From: Selaginella moellendorffii
Lineage: Eukaryota; Plantae; Lycopodiophyta
NCBI RefSeq assembly: GCF_000143415.4
Contig: NW_003314277.1
Span: 383,183 to 447,182 of the forward strand
Direction: 5' to 3'
Length of the DNA stretch: 64,000 nucleotides
The notes beneath the pieces were generated by a model that was not told where the DNA came from, did not search any database, and saw only the letters and a list, made by a program, of their open reading frames with translations. The stretch's first letter is position 1. The number at the start of each line of letters is the position of its first letter. Shown piece after piece: positions 25,225 through 38,340 of this stretch. Made by a program: the position numbers and the translations under genes.

Positions 25225-25800
25225 TTTGCTTTCAGGGAGTTAGGCTTCAATGCATCAGTTGGATTGTAGACAATACAACTTATCTTGGAGGCTCCGTTGC
25301 TTGTTTGTTTGCAAATGAGGATGATTGCACAAATGTGGTTTCATGCATGTGTTGCAGATGCAATTTTGAAAGACAAGGTCGTGGTGTACGATATGGAGGA
25401 ATCCAGAATCGGCTGGGTGAAGCAAAACTGTAAGCGGATATAAGATTCCTTACGGTGTCTCATGGCTCCGACCGCTTTACTCTTGTAGGTTCCAAGTACA
25501 AGGTAACATTGGGAACCTGAAGCTATCACTTCAGCAGTGAACCGAAATTGACTCCTTGTCAGCTCGGCTGGCATAACAATAAAAACTAAAGACCAATGCT
25601 TTCTCCACTGCATACACTGCAGTTGGCTCCCTGCTAATAAAGTGTGGATAATGGAGAAATGTCCATTTGGCAATCTAGAAACTTGTGGAGGAGCAGTGGC
25701 TGGACACTTCTTCACAAGAAATTCAAGGAGAAGGAAACGAGGCACACTTTAGGCTTCGCTCTACGGATAAAAATCTGGATTTTGCCTTCCAGATAGGAAG
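25225..25800 (+). pseudogene. Duplicate of the 3' end of the aspartic protease gene (28320-29010)
   Basis: Near-identical ILG|DAILKDKVVVYDMEESRIGWVKQNC exon plus downstream sequence with deletions; no 5' exons. Confidence 0.85.
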
Positions 25801-26765
25801 TACCTGTAATGCGACGTCCCCATATTATAGTCTCCGACGCGGTCTTCAAATGGCAATGTTGTACAGCTTGTCAATTATGCAATGCACAACCAGATAAAAG
25901 CGAATAAGTGGCCCCTAATATCCTCAAAAGTTCAGGGATTATGAGGGTTCTACTGCAAACAGGTAGCTTTGGAGGAAGAATATCATCTAGTAGTTTTTCT
26001 TCCCCATCTTGTTCGTAAATGGCTATGGTGCTGACTCCTGAGAATTATGTTGTCCCCATAGCCTCCGAAAGGTTCTTGACGTGGTCTTCAAATGGCAATG
26101 CATGTTCCCTAGTGCAACATGTTTTGACCTGCAATATGTTCCATAGCTTGACCGGCAGGCAGGTACACCATAGCTTTCATAAACACAGTGGCTTTTCTTT
26201 TATTTTCTTTTCTCCAAGAACACTTGGTCTCTTTTTCCCGATGCAGACATGACTTGAAATTTTAATTTTGGAACCATCTCTCCAGACAAAGAAATTTACA
26301 CGGACCAGTAAAAATCGTGGAGGCTGCCCAACATACACAAAAGGCATTTACTTACAAGATGCGGTCATATTGATCCGTCAGCAACGCACGCTTCCGGTTT
26401 CATTAAAATTGCTGCTAGTCTTGTTTCAACCAGCTAACTCGGGACCTCTTTCAATGTCACGAAGCCTATGCCAAAAATGCAGCCAACATTTCAATAATTC
26501 CAGCAGTTTGTGGGTCTGCATTTGAACAATTCCAGCAGTTGCACAGCGATGCTGGATAATATTGACGGAACTAGGCAAAATACGGAACAAGTCGCCCTGG
26601 GCCCGGTCTCAAAAGTCACAGGTACAACCCGTTTTTAAGGGAAAAAAAAAAGTCACTTGCAGAAAAAATTTGACGCAGTACTTAAGAAATAGTGAGAATT
26701 TGTCAAATGGGAGCTTGTATATATATATATGCTTTGAAATTTGCTGCAAATGGAGTTGCAGAAAA

Positions 26766-28543
26766 ATGTCTTATTGGCTGATTATTTTGGTGTTCATCGG
26801 CTTGATGTCCTCTGTGAATACAGGGGGATCCGGAGTTCTCAAACTTAAGCATCGATTTTCTGAGCTTGAAGGATCGAGCAAGCAGTCTGGGAAACGAGGA
26901 ATGAGTGAGGAGCATTTTCGCCAGCTTATGGACCATACCCGAGCAAGGAGTCGACGCTTCCATTTGGAAGTCGACCTCATGCTGAATGGAAGTTCCACTT
27001 CCGCTGCGTAAGATTGGAATTTGTACCTTAAAAGGGTTTTGAGGTTAATTTTGTGTTCAAAATTTGTGCAGAACTTATTACGCTCAGATAGGTGTCGGGC
27101 ATCCCGTCCAATTCCTGAATGCTATTGTGGACACAGGGAGCGATATCTTATGGTTCAAATGCAAATTATGCCAAGGTTGCTCCAGCAAAAAGAATGCCAT
27201 TGTATGTTTTTAGCGTTCTGCCTGGAAATTTTTTCTGAAGGTCTGTGGTTCTATCATCATGCAGGGTCCAATTACACTCTATGACCCGGAATTATCAAAA
27301 ACGGCATCCCCAGCTACATGTTCGGATCCACTGTGTTCAGAAGGCGGTAGCTGCAGAGGCAACAGCTGCGCATATAATATCTCATATGAAGACACCAGCA
27401 GTTCCACAGGTACCTATTTCAGAGATGTCGTGCACCTTGGAGACAAAGCTTCATCGAATACTACTATGTTCCTGGGGTACTCCCGGACAAGCTTTTTTTT
27501 GCAAGATTTGAACTAACGCTTCCTTTAGCTGTGCAACGAGTATTTCGGGACTTTGGCCGGTGGATGGTATTATGGGATTCGGGAGGAGTAAGGTTTCGGT
27601 GCCCAACCAACTTGCTGCTCAGGCAGGCTCATACAACATTTTCTACCATTGCTTAAGCGGTGAAAAAAAGGGCGGCGGGATTCTTGTGTTGGGTAAAAAT
27701 GATGAGTTTCCTGAGATGGTCTACACACCTATGCTTGCAATAGACGAGTACTAGCATTTGGAATTGTCCATCTTCGATGCTTGACTTTGGTTCTATATGT
27801 TTGCAGTGTCGTGTATAATGTGAAGCTGGTTAGTCTTAGCGTCAACTCAAAAGCTCTCCCAATTGAGGCAAGTGAGTTTGAGTATAATGCAACAGTAGGC
27901 AACGGCGGAACTATCATTGACAGTGGCACGGGTAGTGCTACATTTCCCAGCAAGGCCCTCGCGCTATTTGTAAAGGCCGTAAGTGATTAGCTTGCTTCGT
28001 TAAGTACCGGCTTACTCACTTCTAAGAACTGCAGGTCTCAAAATTCACCACTGCAATTCCGACTGCTCCACTCGAGTACAGCGGTTCTCCATGTTTCATC
28101 TCCATTTCAGACAGGTACGGATTAGTTTTATCCTGCACTTTATTTACTCCCAGGAACAGTGTGGAGGCAGATTTCCCGAATGTGACACTTAAGTTTGATG
28201 GCGGAGCAACCATGGAGTTAACTGCTCCCAATTATCTCGAGGCCGTAGTTTCTCGAAAGGTACTTCGTCTGGTTCTCGTGCGTATCTCTTACTTACAGCT
28301 TTCTGAATCAACTCACTTTCAGGGGGTTAGGCTTGTATGCATCAATTGGGCTGTAGGCAATTCAACTATCCTTGGAGGTACTCAGTAACTTCCTTGCTTA
28401 GTTGCAAAATTTTGGACCAAAATTGATTGCACAATTTTGGTTTCATGTATGTTGCAGATGCAATTTTGAAAGACAAAGTCGTGGTGTACGATATGGAAAA
28501 ATCCAGAATCGGCTGGGTGAAACAAGACTGTAAGTGGATGTAG
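26766..28543 (+). CDS. A1 (pepsin-like) aspartic protease with signal peptide, multi-exon; 3' end uncertain
   Basis: YYAQIGVG, VDTGSDILW, DGIMGFG, IIDSGT, ILGD and IGWVKQDC motifs; short GT-AG introns. Confidence 0.88.
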
Positions 28544-29799
28544 GATTCATTACGACAGTGTCTCATGGCTCCAACCGCTTTACTCCTGTAGGTTCCAAGT
28601 ACAAGGTAACAATGGGAACCTGAAGCTATCACTTCAGCAGTGAACCGAAGTTACCTCCTTGTCAGCTGGGCTGGCATAACAATAAAAACTACAGACCAAT
28701 GCGTCTCCAGACTCTCCACTGCATACACTTTATTAGTAGAAATGAATAAAGTGTGGATAATGAAGAAATGTCCATTTGTCAATCTAGAAACTTGTGGAGG
28801 AGCAGTGGCTGGATGCTTGTTCACAAAAAATTCAAGGCTAAGGAAACGAGGCACACTCTGGAACAGGTACAAGTTTCTTTGATTTCTGTACCTCTTATGA
28901 TTTGCTTGTTTCATGTTTTTTTACAGAAGGGCTTTCTCCCTCCCTCAGATTCGGGACTACAGGCAGGCTTCGCTCTGCGGATAAAAATCTGGATCTTGCC
29001 TTCCAGATCGGAATCGATAATGCACTGAGTTACGTAAGGATCCAAATGTTGAGGGACCACGTAAGCGATATACCTGGATATTCGTGGTATGTTCTTTATG
29101 CCCTTGTTTACTAATGTATCCCTTATCCTTTAACATAAACGATTAAAAAGATATGAATGAGATGTCATTGGCCTTTAACCTCTGCCTCGCTGGTGACTAT
29201 GCCTTTGCCAGCAGATGGAGTTGCATGGGCAACATTTCTCTTACAGCATGTAATGATCACGGGAGATGAATCCGTTATTCCACGATGCCTGGTTTGCACC
29301 CTGAGATGGATCGAGAGACAAATATCACAAGCAGTTGAAAATACTTCTTCTGCAAATTGCATTCTGAAAGAAAACTCAAGAAAACTGCCCAAGTTGTTTC
29401 GATTGGCCAATGAAAGAAAAACATCAACACCACATTTCGTTGGGGTGACATGGTCAACTTTTGACAGTTAACCCGCATCGGCCTGATCGGGTGGCCCAAA
29501 AAGTTAACTTCGGTAACTCCTTTCTAAACGCAATTTTAAACTAATGCTATATACCTGCGTCAGCTAAATTCTGGTAGCGTGGGAAATTTTATTATCTCTT
29601 CATCTTTCATCTTCGTCGCACCTTTTGCTTAGCAAGAGCTCTTTTAGAAAAAGGGAGGGGAGAAGAGAGAGAGAGAGGAAATAAAGCAGCACTTACGAGT
29701 TGATAAGTACCCGACACTCGTCGCTCGCTCGCTCCAGAGCCTTGCTGCTGGTCGCCCCACCACGCCTCTCGACGGACAGCGCCCAACCCTCTGGATCCA

Positions 29800-31257
29800 T
29801 CACGCTGCTCTGGCTTCGTTTGCCTCGTTGCCAGCCGCATTGCCGCTCTGGTCGTTCGCGCCCCCAACATCCAGCTTACACAGCGGACAGGACGCATTGA
29901 TCTTGAGCCACTTATCTACGCAATCCACATGAAAGTGGTGCGTACACGAGAGCTCTCGCAATGGCTCCCCATCCCTGTATCTAGCAAGACATATGCAGCA
30001 CACCTGCATAGATCACGTCAGGGAGGAGAGACAGAGATAAACTATAGGACAGGCTTACCGCATCATCGGCTGACACGGCACGCTCTTTGTCGGTGCCTGC
30101 CGCTACGAAGCCACCCTCATTTGATCCTTCACTATCAGATTCGCTCCCGTCTTTACTCTCGCTCGATGGCCTAGACTTGAACTTGTATGTCGGTAAGGCC
30201 GCAATGACCTCGGCGCTCGCGCCTCTATTCTGCGCTTGCTCCTCCCGGAAGCCGAGCAGTGCGATTATGCACGGCAAGCAGCAACATATAGTCGCGCACA
30301 GAATAAAGGGCATGGCGTATCCAATGCAGCTAAAAGTAAGGAAAACAATACACAACCTGCAGAAACAGGAAACAAAAATGATGAGGCACAAACAGAGCGC
30401 AATGTGTCTCCATACCTGTACAGATTTGGCGCTTCGCGGGACGAGGAGTGTCCGCCAAATATCCACACGTTCCCAACGACGAACCACACCGCGAAGAAGC
30501 AATCCAACGCAATCTTGAACTTCTCCACCAGCCTTCCAACACTGATGAATAGATTAGTCGAAGAACAATAGAGAAAAATATAAAAAAGAAAGCAAAAGGA
30601 AGCACCATACCCCGAATTGTCACTCGCGGAATCCACGTCCCTTCCTCGCGACCGGGCCCGAGACTCCACCACCTCCGTGGAAGCTGACGGTATGTTCAGC
30701 GCAACGTAGGACGTCCCCCTCGGCGATGGCGGAAGGCTCTCTGCGGATGGCGTAGACTGCGAGGGAGACTCGTGTTGGTCGTGAGCTTGAGTCGTCCCAT
30801 TCCGGTGGGTGTAGCGCCAGTAGAGAAGCGGAAGCGTCGCAAGGCAGCCGGCGGCATAGCCCGCAACCCAGACCGAGAGTGGAGCCTGCGGCTTCTCGTC
30901 CCTGGAGAGCGAGAGGACGATGATAGACGCCACGATCTGGCTCACCGTGATGGTCAACTCGATGGAGATCCAGAGGCCCGAGTTGAGTGGACTGATTCTC
31001 TGCCTGGGGATTGAGTAGTTGCGAGTGGATCGCGACGAGGATGAGCTGCTGGAAGGGGGAGCGGTGGCAGCGTCCCCATTCCTTTGTGACAATTGTCCTT
31101 GTTGGAGGTGTTGATGGTGCTGTGCATTCCCACTGTTGGAAGCCTCGGGCTCTACGTTGACGACGCTGTGCTCTGGCGCCGCCGACGATGAGTGCTGCTC
31201 CATCAAGAGAGGATACGTATCTATGTGGCGAGCGTCGGCATCCGAGTTCTCATCCAT
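29800..31257 (-). CDS. Transmembrane RING-H2 E3 ubiquitin ligase (At1g63170/At1g12760-like), 4 exons
   Basis: SPLNSGLWISIE, FFAVWFVVGNVWIFGG, CCCLPCII and CCICLARY...HHFHVDCVDKWLKINASCPLCK. Confidence 0.92.
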
Positions 31258-31906
31258 GGAACTCCGCCGGGATCCTCCTCTCACCCTCTCCGATGCATAA
31301 TCCTGTCCTGCTGTCAATGCCTCCTTTCCTAATCATCTACGAGCTCTCGCACAGCTTTTCCCGGTGCGCGATGACGAGAAATCCTAGAAACAAGGAGAGA
31401 TTTCTTCCCACACCTTTGCAACACTTTGGATCTGGCGGTCGATTGCGCGCCGCCGCCGCTGCGTCACGCGCAAGGAGGAGGATCGCCGCGCCGCACCGCT
31501 CCAAGCTCCATGGCCTGGCCGCTAGAGCGCCATCGCCATAGGGTTTGCTCTCTCTCCCTCAATGGCAATCACTGTGCGCAATGGAAAGGGTTATTTTTCT
31601 TCCCCGTGTCCCGCTTGGCTACGTGTGAATATCAAGAAAAGTGACCACCATGGGATTCGATCCCTAGGTCGATCGCATTTCAAATTCTCGCGAGGGCTAG
31701 AATGGCGATGGCGACAGCGGCGGCGATGGCGATGGCGCTGTCGCGGGCAATGCCGCTGCTGGAATCTAACGCCGTGCTGTAGGTGAGCAATGGCTCGATC
31801 GATTGCCGCGAGGCGCTGTTTTTTCTTGCAGCTTCGATCGATCGATCGAGAGGGATCTGCGATTATTTAGCATCCACCGATCGGCGCATCAGCTTTTGCA
31901 GCAGCC

Positions 31907-34900
31907 ATGTCGAACGTGTAAGATTTCCTTCGCGTGAGAGTTTTTATTTTGGTTGTTGCGGTCAGTTTCTTTGATCAGCAATGGGAGATTGCTATGCGGC
32001 AGCTTGTCGATGTTCTTGCGATTGAAGTTCCTTCGTTTTCTTTCTTGGGGCCCCAGGTATGTCATGCTTACCCGGGATGAAAGAAGTGACCTCTTACCCC
32101 TCGCAGAATTTGTCCGATTATTCTCGGATATATATCAAGTACTATCAAGTATATAGAATGCTGGAGGATTGCTATCATCAGGTATAGTACTAATCATTAT
32201 AGAACAAGCAGATGAAACTATTCGGCTCTTGTTTTGTGTGTAGATCATTCACCCTCAAAAGCGCATCGATTGCTTGAAGTCCTTGGAGGCGGTAATTGGG
32301 AGAATTCTCGAGCTAAAACATGTAAGCCCGTTCGTGACATATCTCTGCATGCTGCTTGAAACTTGGCTTTCAGTGGATGGTGTTTCTGAACGCCGGGAAG
32401 GAGATTATTTACCTGGAAGACCTTTTGGTAAGCCGGATGAGTTTTAATTTTTTTTAATCCTCAATTTACTAAAGCTGATGCGTGGAAGTTCAGCTGAATT
32501 TGGAACTGACTCCCGATGCTCTGGATGTGGTTCCGCCTCGTCTTTTGACTGCTGACAACCTCCGGAATCTTGAAACACGAGACAATTTCCTGGTTGCTTT
32601 CTATACTATTTTCATTTATCTTCTTTCAGTTCTCGCTCATACGACATTGTCTTATAGATCAAGGTCCTGCAACAAGAGAAGGAACAGCACGAACAAGAAG
32701 GCTCTGCCGATTCTCAATCACCAGATAGCAAGTTCCCTGTCTATACACCAGAGGAGGCAATTGCAATATTACAGGTAAGCTATTTACTTTAAAAATCACG
32801 TGAATAGTAGCCTTTTATGCCAGGCTAATGAACGAGGCAGGCAAGCACGTCATAGACTTGCTACTTTGGCCAAGACACGGTATGCTAATCATGTATCATG
32901 ATACACATAACTCAGCAAACCGTTTTTAGATTCACACAAGAAGAAGCTTTGAAAAAGCAACAGGCCGGTCACGAACCTTTAACTCAAGAAGGTGCTGCAG
33001 TTGTTATGCAGTCCGCGTATCCTTGAATGTGTACGAGCGCTTCTTTTTTGGCACTTTTCCTTTACTGTGCAAAAGAGCCCGAGGATTTCTAGAAAGGTGT
33101 CGGGTAAAACATTCGGCTGAAGACGAGCTTACTCTACTCGGTACATTCTTTCCGAGCGCTCTCTACCTTAAGGGGGAAAGTAGTGAAGTTTATGATTTTC
33201 GTGTAAGCTTTCTAATAGTATGTTCTTTGCAGAAATGAATATGTATGAGCGCAACAGCGATCGGGACTACGCCTTCGGTTTTATGAGAGAAACAGAATTG
33301 AGAAGAAAGAAGAACCAGCTATTGAGCTATCAGGAATACCAGGACGCAATGGCACTTGCAAAGGAGCAGATTAAAGAGCTGGAGGGACAAGAAATGAGGG
33401 AGATAATCCAGGAGAAAATAAACGCATGGCTTAACGCGAACAGAGATCCGGATACTGGCTTGTTTCCGCCCTTTCCAAAGCCAGCTGACGGTGGGAGTAA
33501 ACTCATAGTCTTTCCGCCGCCAAAGTTCGACTTTGAAGTCGAAACTAAGAAGAAGAAAGATGCTAAAAAGGACGACAAGAAGAAGAAAAAGAAGAAAGCC
33601 AGTCCATTTCCTCCGTTGGTGTTCCCTGTGGACGACGAGGAGAAGCCTCCATCGTGTCCTGCATTTTTTCTGCGACACGTACGAGAATCTGTGGATGTTT
33701 ACACTCATAGCTGGCATGACAAAGACGACTCGGCGAATTTGGCTCAAAAACATGACACTGACAGACTAAAAGGACAGCTTCGACCGATGGTGTTCGAAGA
33801 GGTAGGCTCGTAACTACTATTTTTTTGAACATGAAAGTATCTGACTTGTGCTTGCAGATAAGACTAGAAGTTGATCAAAATACACGAGTAATTCTCGACA
33901 GAGTCAAGAAAAAAATACTCGCGGAGCTCAAAGCAGCCAGGAAAAAGCAAAAGAAGGGTGCCAAGGAAAAGAGGAAAGAGAAGAAGAAAGACAAAGACAA
34001 GGATGCGCCGCCCCCTGCCAAAAAGAAGCCCAAGAAACCGAAGGATCCCACAGCTCAAAGAACAATCGAATCCATATACTCGGAACTTGTGAAAAACGGG
34101 ATTGTCCAGCTTCTTCCCAAAAGAGAGCTGTCGGATTATGTTTCTACGGAAACTTTCTATGGTCCAACGTTTGAGGTTGATCCGACTGGGTTTGATCCCA
34201 CCACAGCTCAGGTATTTTCGAGTTTCAGATTCATGACAATCTTGCATCCTTTCCTTTTCTCGTGTCCAGGTAAAGAGAGCAGTTGTGGAGTATTGTATCA
34301 TGCCTCTCGTGTCGGACTTTGTGCATCAGAATGCTCCGTATATAAAGTCAGTCCTTCTTTACGGGGCAGAAGGCAACGGGAAAACTCTACTGGTATTTTA
34401 TATTCATCAAAGTTGTAGTGGCTTGAAAAGTTCTTCAGGTACACGCATCGGCACGGGCTGCTGGCGCAGCATACTTCAACTTGTCCCCACAAGTGCTGGA
34501 TGGAAAATATCCTGGGAAACAAGGTGCCAAGATGCTTCAAATGGTTTTCAAGCTTGCGAGAATAATGGCACCTTCGGTGGTCCATATCTCTGGTGTTGAA
34601 AAGGTCAGCAAAGTTTCTTTTTTCTTTTTCCATCCCTGTAGAACGCCACTAACTTCACTTCAATTCCAGCTTTTCGTAACGGATCGGAAAAAGATAAAGA
34701 CATGGGGCCTCAAGGACAAACCAAACAGAATTAAGAAAGCTCTTACCAAAGAAGTTAAAAACATTAAACCGGGAGAACGAGTTCTCTTCCTCGGGACATC
34801 CTCCAGACCACAGGTAATGTCAAACTCGCTGGAAATCTCTAATGCGAAAAGCCGTGCAGGATGCGCCTGGGAAACGACCTGTGTTCCCGAATTTTTTCAC

Positions 34901-35400
34901 CAAGAGGATTTACGTTCCATTTCCCGACTATGGATCAAGGTCGAGGATATGGCGAGCTTTGATCGAGAGGCACGGCGGTGTTGTGACGGAGCAATTCAAC
35001 TTGTCCACAATCTCGCAACTTAGCGATGGTTTCAGCGTTGCCTCCATTGAGAAGGTTTGCAAAACGGTCCTGACGGAGAAGCGCAAGCGAAAGGTAGCCA
35101 GACTTTCTCCTTGTTTCTCCTTCTCGATGGATTCACGCTCGAAACTGTGAATGTAGCTTCGAAGATTTCCACTGACCATCAAGGAAGTTATAAACGACGT
35201 TCACAGCACTAAGCCGGTCGATCCAGCATTCCATGAAAGCCTTCGAGTAAAATCTCTCTTTTTCATCTTTCTCTCCAATGAAAGTTCTTTCTTTTTTTCT
35301 CTCGCAGGAATGGGCCAAACCGAAAAAACCAGCCGAGAAAAAAGGTGGCAAAGACGCCAAAGGGAAAGGAAAAGGCAAAGGGAAAGGAAAGAAGAAATGA
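31907..35400 (+). CDS. DRC11: IQ and AAA domain-containing protein / dynein regulatory complex subunit 11 (flagellar), many exons
   Basis: MSNV start; YIKYYQVYRMLEDCYHQ|IIHPQKR...VIGRILELK; IQ motifs (LQANERGRQAR, MQSAARGFLER); KDPTAQRTIESIYSELV; Walker A YGAEGNGKT; Lys-rich tail. Confidence 0.88.
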
Positions 35401-35589
35401 AAAATTTCGCTTATATTTGAGATTTGCCAGCTATAATTGCAAATAGGGTTAGGGTTTGCGGGAAGTGGAGAAGGCGCAGAGCTGGATTCGCGAGGCGCTG
35501 GCTCCCGGTGAGCCGCGAGGGTGAGATCGCAGGGATTCTTATGACGCTGTAGAGCGACGCCAGTGATTTCCCAGTCCAGCGGCGTAGCT

Positions 35590-38027
35590 ATGGCCGGATC
35601 TGAGGCGCAGGAGGCATCTTGCGCATCGGCGCTGGTGTCAGCTATGGAGAATTTGGGTGTGAAACAGGAAGATGGAGATAGGGAGGAGCTGGCTAAGCCG
35701 GAGGAGAAGGATTGCGAGGCGGATTTGGAGAGCAAGCGAGAGGAACAGACAGTGGAGGCGAGCGCAGGTAAAGATTCCACGAATGTAGTCGTGGAGAAAG
35801 AGGCCGAGAGCTCGCATGGGATTTCCAAGGAGGAGGGAGATGCTGTAGGCGGGGATGATGAAGATGGCAAGGTTACCAAGGAAGAAGATGGTGATAGTGT
35901 GGATAACAAGGAAGAAGACGGTGGAAGTGCTGTGGGTAGTACTGCTGGATCCGACAACAAGGAAGAAGATGGAAGCAACTCTGCTGGAAATGACAATGAT
36001 TTACCAAAGCCAAGCCTGGAAGACAGTGAAGCTGGAACAGACAAAGGTGACTCCGATCCAAAGGATCTATTGCGGCCTTCTGGTGATGTCCATGTCGTGA
36101 TGAACGCCGCCACGCTTATGGAGAAGCTAAACATCGCCGAGAGCAGTGATGGAGGAAGCAATGGTGGCGACGACGATTTGAGCAGCAGCGTGGACAGCAC
36201 TGCCAACAGTGGGCCTCGTCTCGTGGAGGGCGATGGCGAAGCAGCCTCGCAGGAAGATAAAAGTGAGGACTGCTCCGAGGAGGGGTCCGTTCGACCGAAG
36301 AAACGCATCGATCTCCAACATCAGTTTGTGCGAGGAATTGTAAGTATTCTTGTTCTTGGTTTTCCTCTTTTCTAACTCCAGCCTGACTGCTTTTCCAGGT
36401 GAAGATCCAGTACGACAGAGATCAATACGAAAAGCAATGTCAAACGAAGAAGCATGAGGTAAAATCACAGATGCTAAACTGTGATAAAATCGTAGTTTCT
36501 CTCCAGGAAAGGGACGTGAAAACACCTGACAAGATCAAACCAGACGCCAGCGCAAGGAGAACAAGCTCTTCTCGCTCTTCTCCACGGTCGCCACCAGTTC
36601 AAACTACCAAGAGGCAGTTTTCGTTTGTGGACTCTCCTCCAGCGAGGCCAAGCGTTAATGCTAGCGAGGATCAACAGGTTGAGAAGAACAAGCACGATCG
36701 ATCCACCGCAATATATCGGCCACCAAGCCTTCGCAATGTTGACACGGACAAAACTCGGTCACTTCGCAGTCACGAGACAGATGGAGGTCGATCTACTCGC
36801 AATGCCGAGGCAGATACAAGCCGGTTTACTCGCCATACAGAGGCCGATACGGCTCGATCATCCGCAGCATCTAGCCGAAGTAACGCATTGAAAGCAGGCT
36901 CTCCAGCTCCAGTGGCAAAGTCGCCGGGTCACTCAAAGGAGTTGGACAGGGAGGTTTTGCCGGAGGACGTGAGTATCAGAGTTACCTTCGACACTGAGAA
37001 ACAGAAGAGACGGATCCAACTCTCCAAGCCGTCGGGTTCACAGGGAAAGGAGGAGAAAAACAACTTCATTGTCACTTTCGACACGACCAGGAAGGAAAGA
37101 CATATCGAGATGCCAAGCTCAGCTCGCGGTGTGGGTAAGAGCAGCAACCACGATCCTCCTCCCAGCGCGGTGGAGGTGAGAGACAGGTTTTTTGGAGAAG
37201 GGCTCAAGCGCAGGGACAGTGGCGATCTTCCAGCGTCTTTCGAGTTCAAGGCCACGGCGTTTGGGAAAGGCCCGAGCGATGAGACCAGAGCCGCCGGAGA
37301 CAACGCCTTCGGCAAGAGACCCGGCCGAGGGAGCAACAACACCAGGTCGTCCCGTGGATCCAGAGCCTCGGGAAACGTTCGCGTGTTCGAAGTTGGCGCG
37401 ACACCGAGGCACCCGAGCGGCGGCAACGGCACCACTAACATCCTGGAAGTAAACTCGTCGAAGAGAAACGAGGAGACACCGCTACCGCTACCACCAAAGG
37501 ACAAGCCATTTGCGGCGGAGCTCAAGTGGGGGGATATCGTGGAGTCGGAGACGGAGCCGAGCCCGACTCCCAACGCGCACGACTCGTTTAGCAGCAGCCC
37601 AGCTCCGGACGTTTTGGAGTCCAACCAGTGGCACAACAACGGCCAGACCAGCTCCAGCGGCGGCCGTAAGTCGTCCTCGAGGAAGCACAGGCAGAAGAAA
37701 GAAGCGCCGCCGCCTCGCCAACCATCGCCGCCGCCGCCTCGTCAACCACAGATCGAAAGCCCGGACTCGCAAAACGCTCCCAGACGAAGTGTGTGGGAGA
37801 GACTTGGCCCGAGGCCGGCAATGGAGGCTACGCGTTTGAGGATGGCACAATACGAGAACAACGCAATGGCGAACAGCTTGGAGAACTTTCGCGAGGCAGC
37901 CGAGCGCGAGTACTTGGAGAGGCATGGTTTCGGCGAGCCGTCGGTGCAGGCGGCTTACAAGGACACGAAGCAGAAGAGATCGAGGCTGGAGCTTTACGTG
38001 CCTCGACGGGGGGGATCACAGGCTTGA
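35590..38027 (+). CDS. Unknown, largely low-complexity protein (acidic N-half, Ser/Arg/Pro-rich C-half), 2-3 exons
   Basis: Long ORFs 35590-36339 and 36399-38027 joined by a GT-AG intron; coding-like composition; no domain recognised. Confidence 0.65.
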
Positions 38028-38340
38028 CAACGAGCAAGGCACAGGTTTTTCTTTCTTTTTTCTCTTCTTTTTTTCTGCTGCTTCTCTTGCGAGGACTATA
38101 TATGCCGAGGTAAGGCGCGTGAGGGGCTATATATATGTTTCAAGCAAGGCTCACGGACGGACGTGTTGCAGGCAAGACACAGGATTTACAAAGGTTGTAA
38201 ATACATACCAGATTATTTGATGGACTTTCGTGTTTCCATTATTATTGTGAACACAACACAATCTGTGTAAGCTTTTCTTTTTCTTCTTTTCATCTTAATG
38301 GAAAAAACAAAAAAGATGCTTTTGTAAGAAACATCTTGTG

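Noticed and set aside
29165-29410. Exon-like minus-strand ORF downstream of the RING gene
   Set aside because: No recognisable homology and it cannot be joined in frame to the RING CDS; possibly 3' UTR.
35133-36308. 391-aa Ser/Leu-rich minus-strand ORF
   Set aside because: Antisense shadow of Glu/Asp/Lys-rich plus-strand coding sequence.
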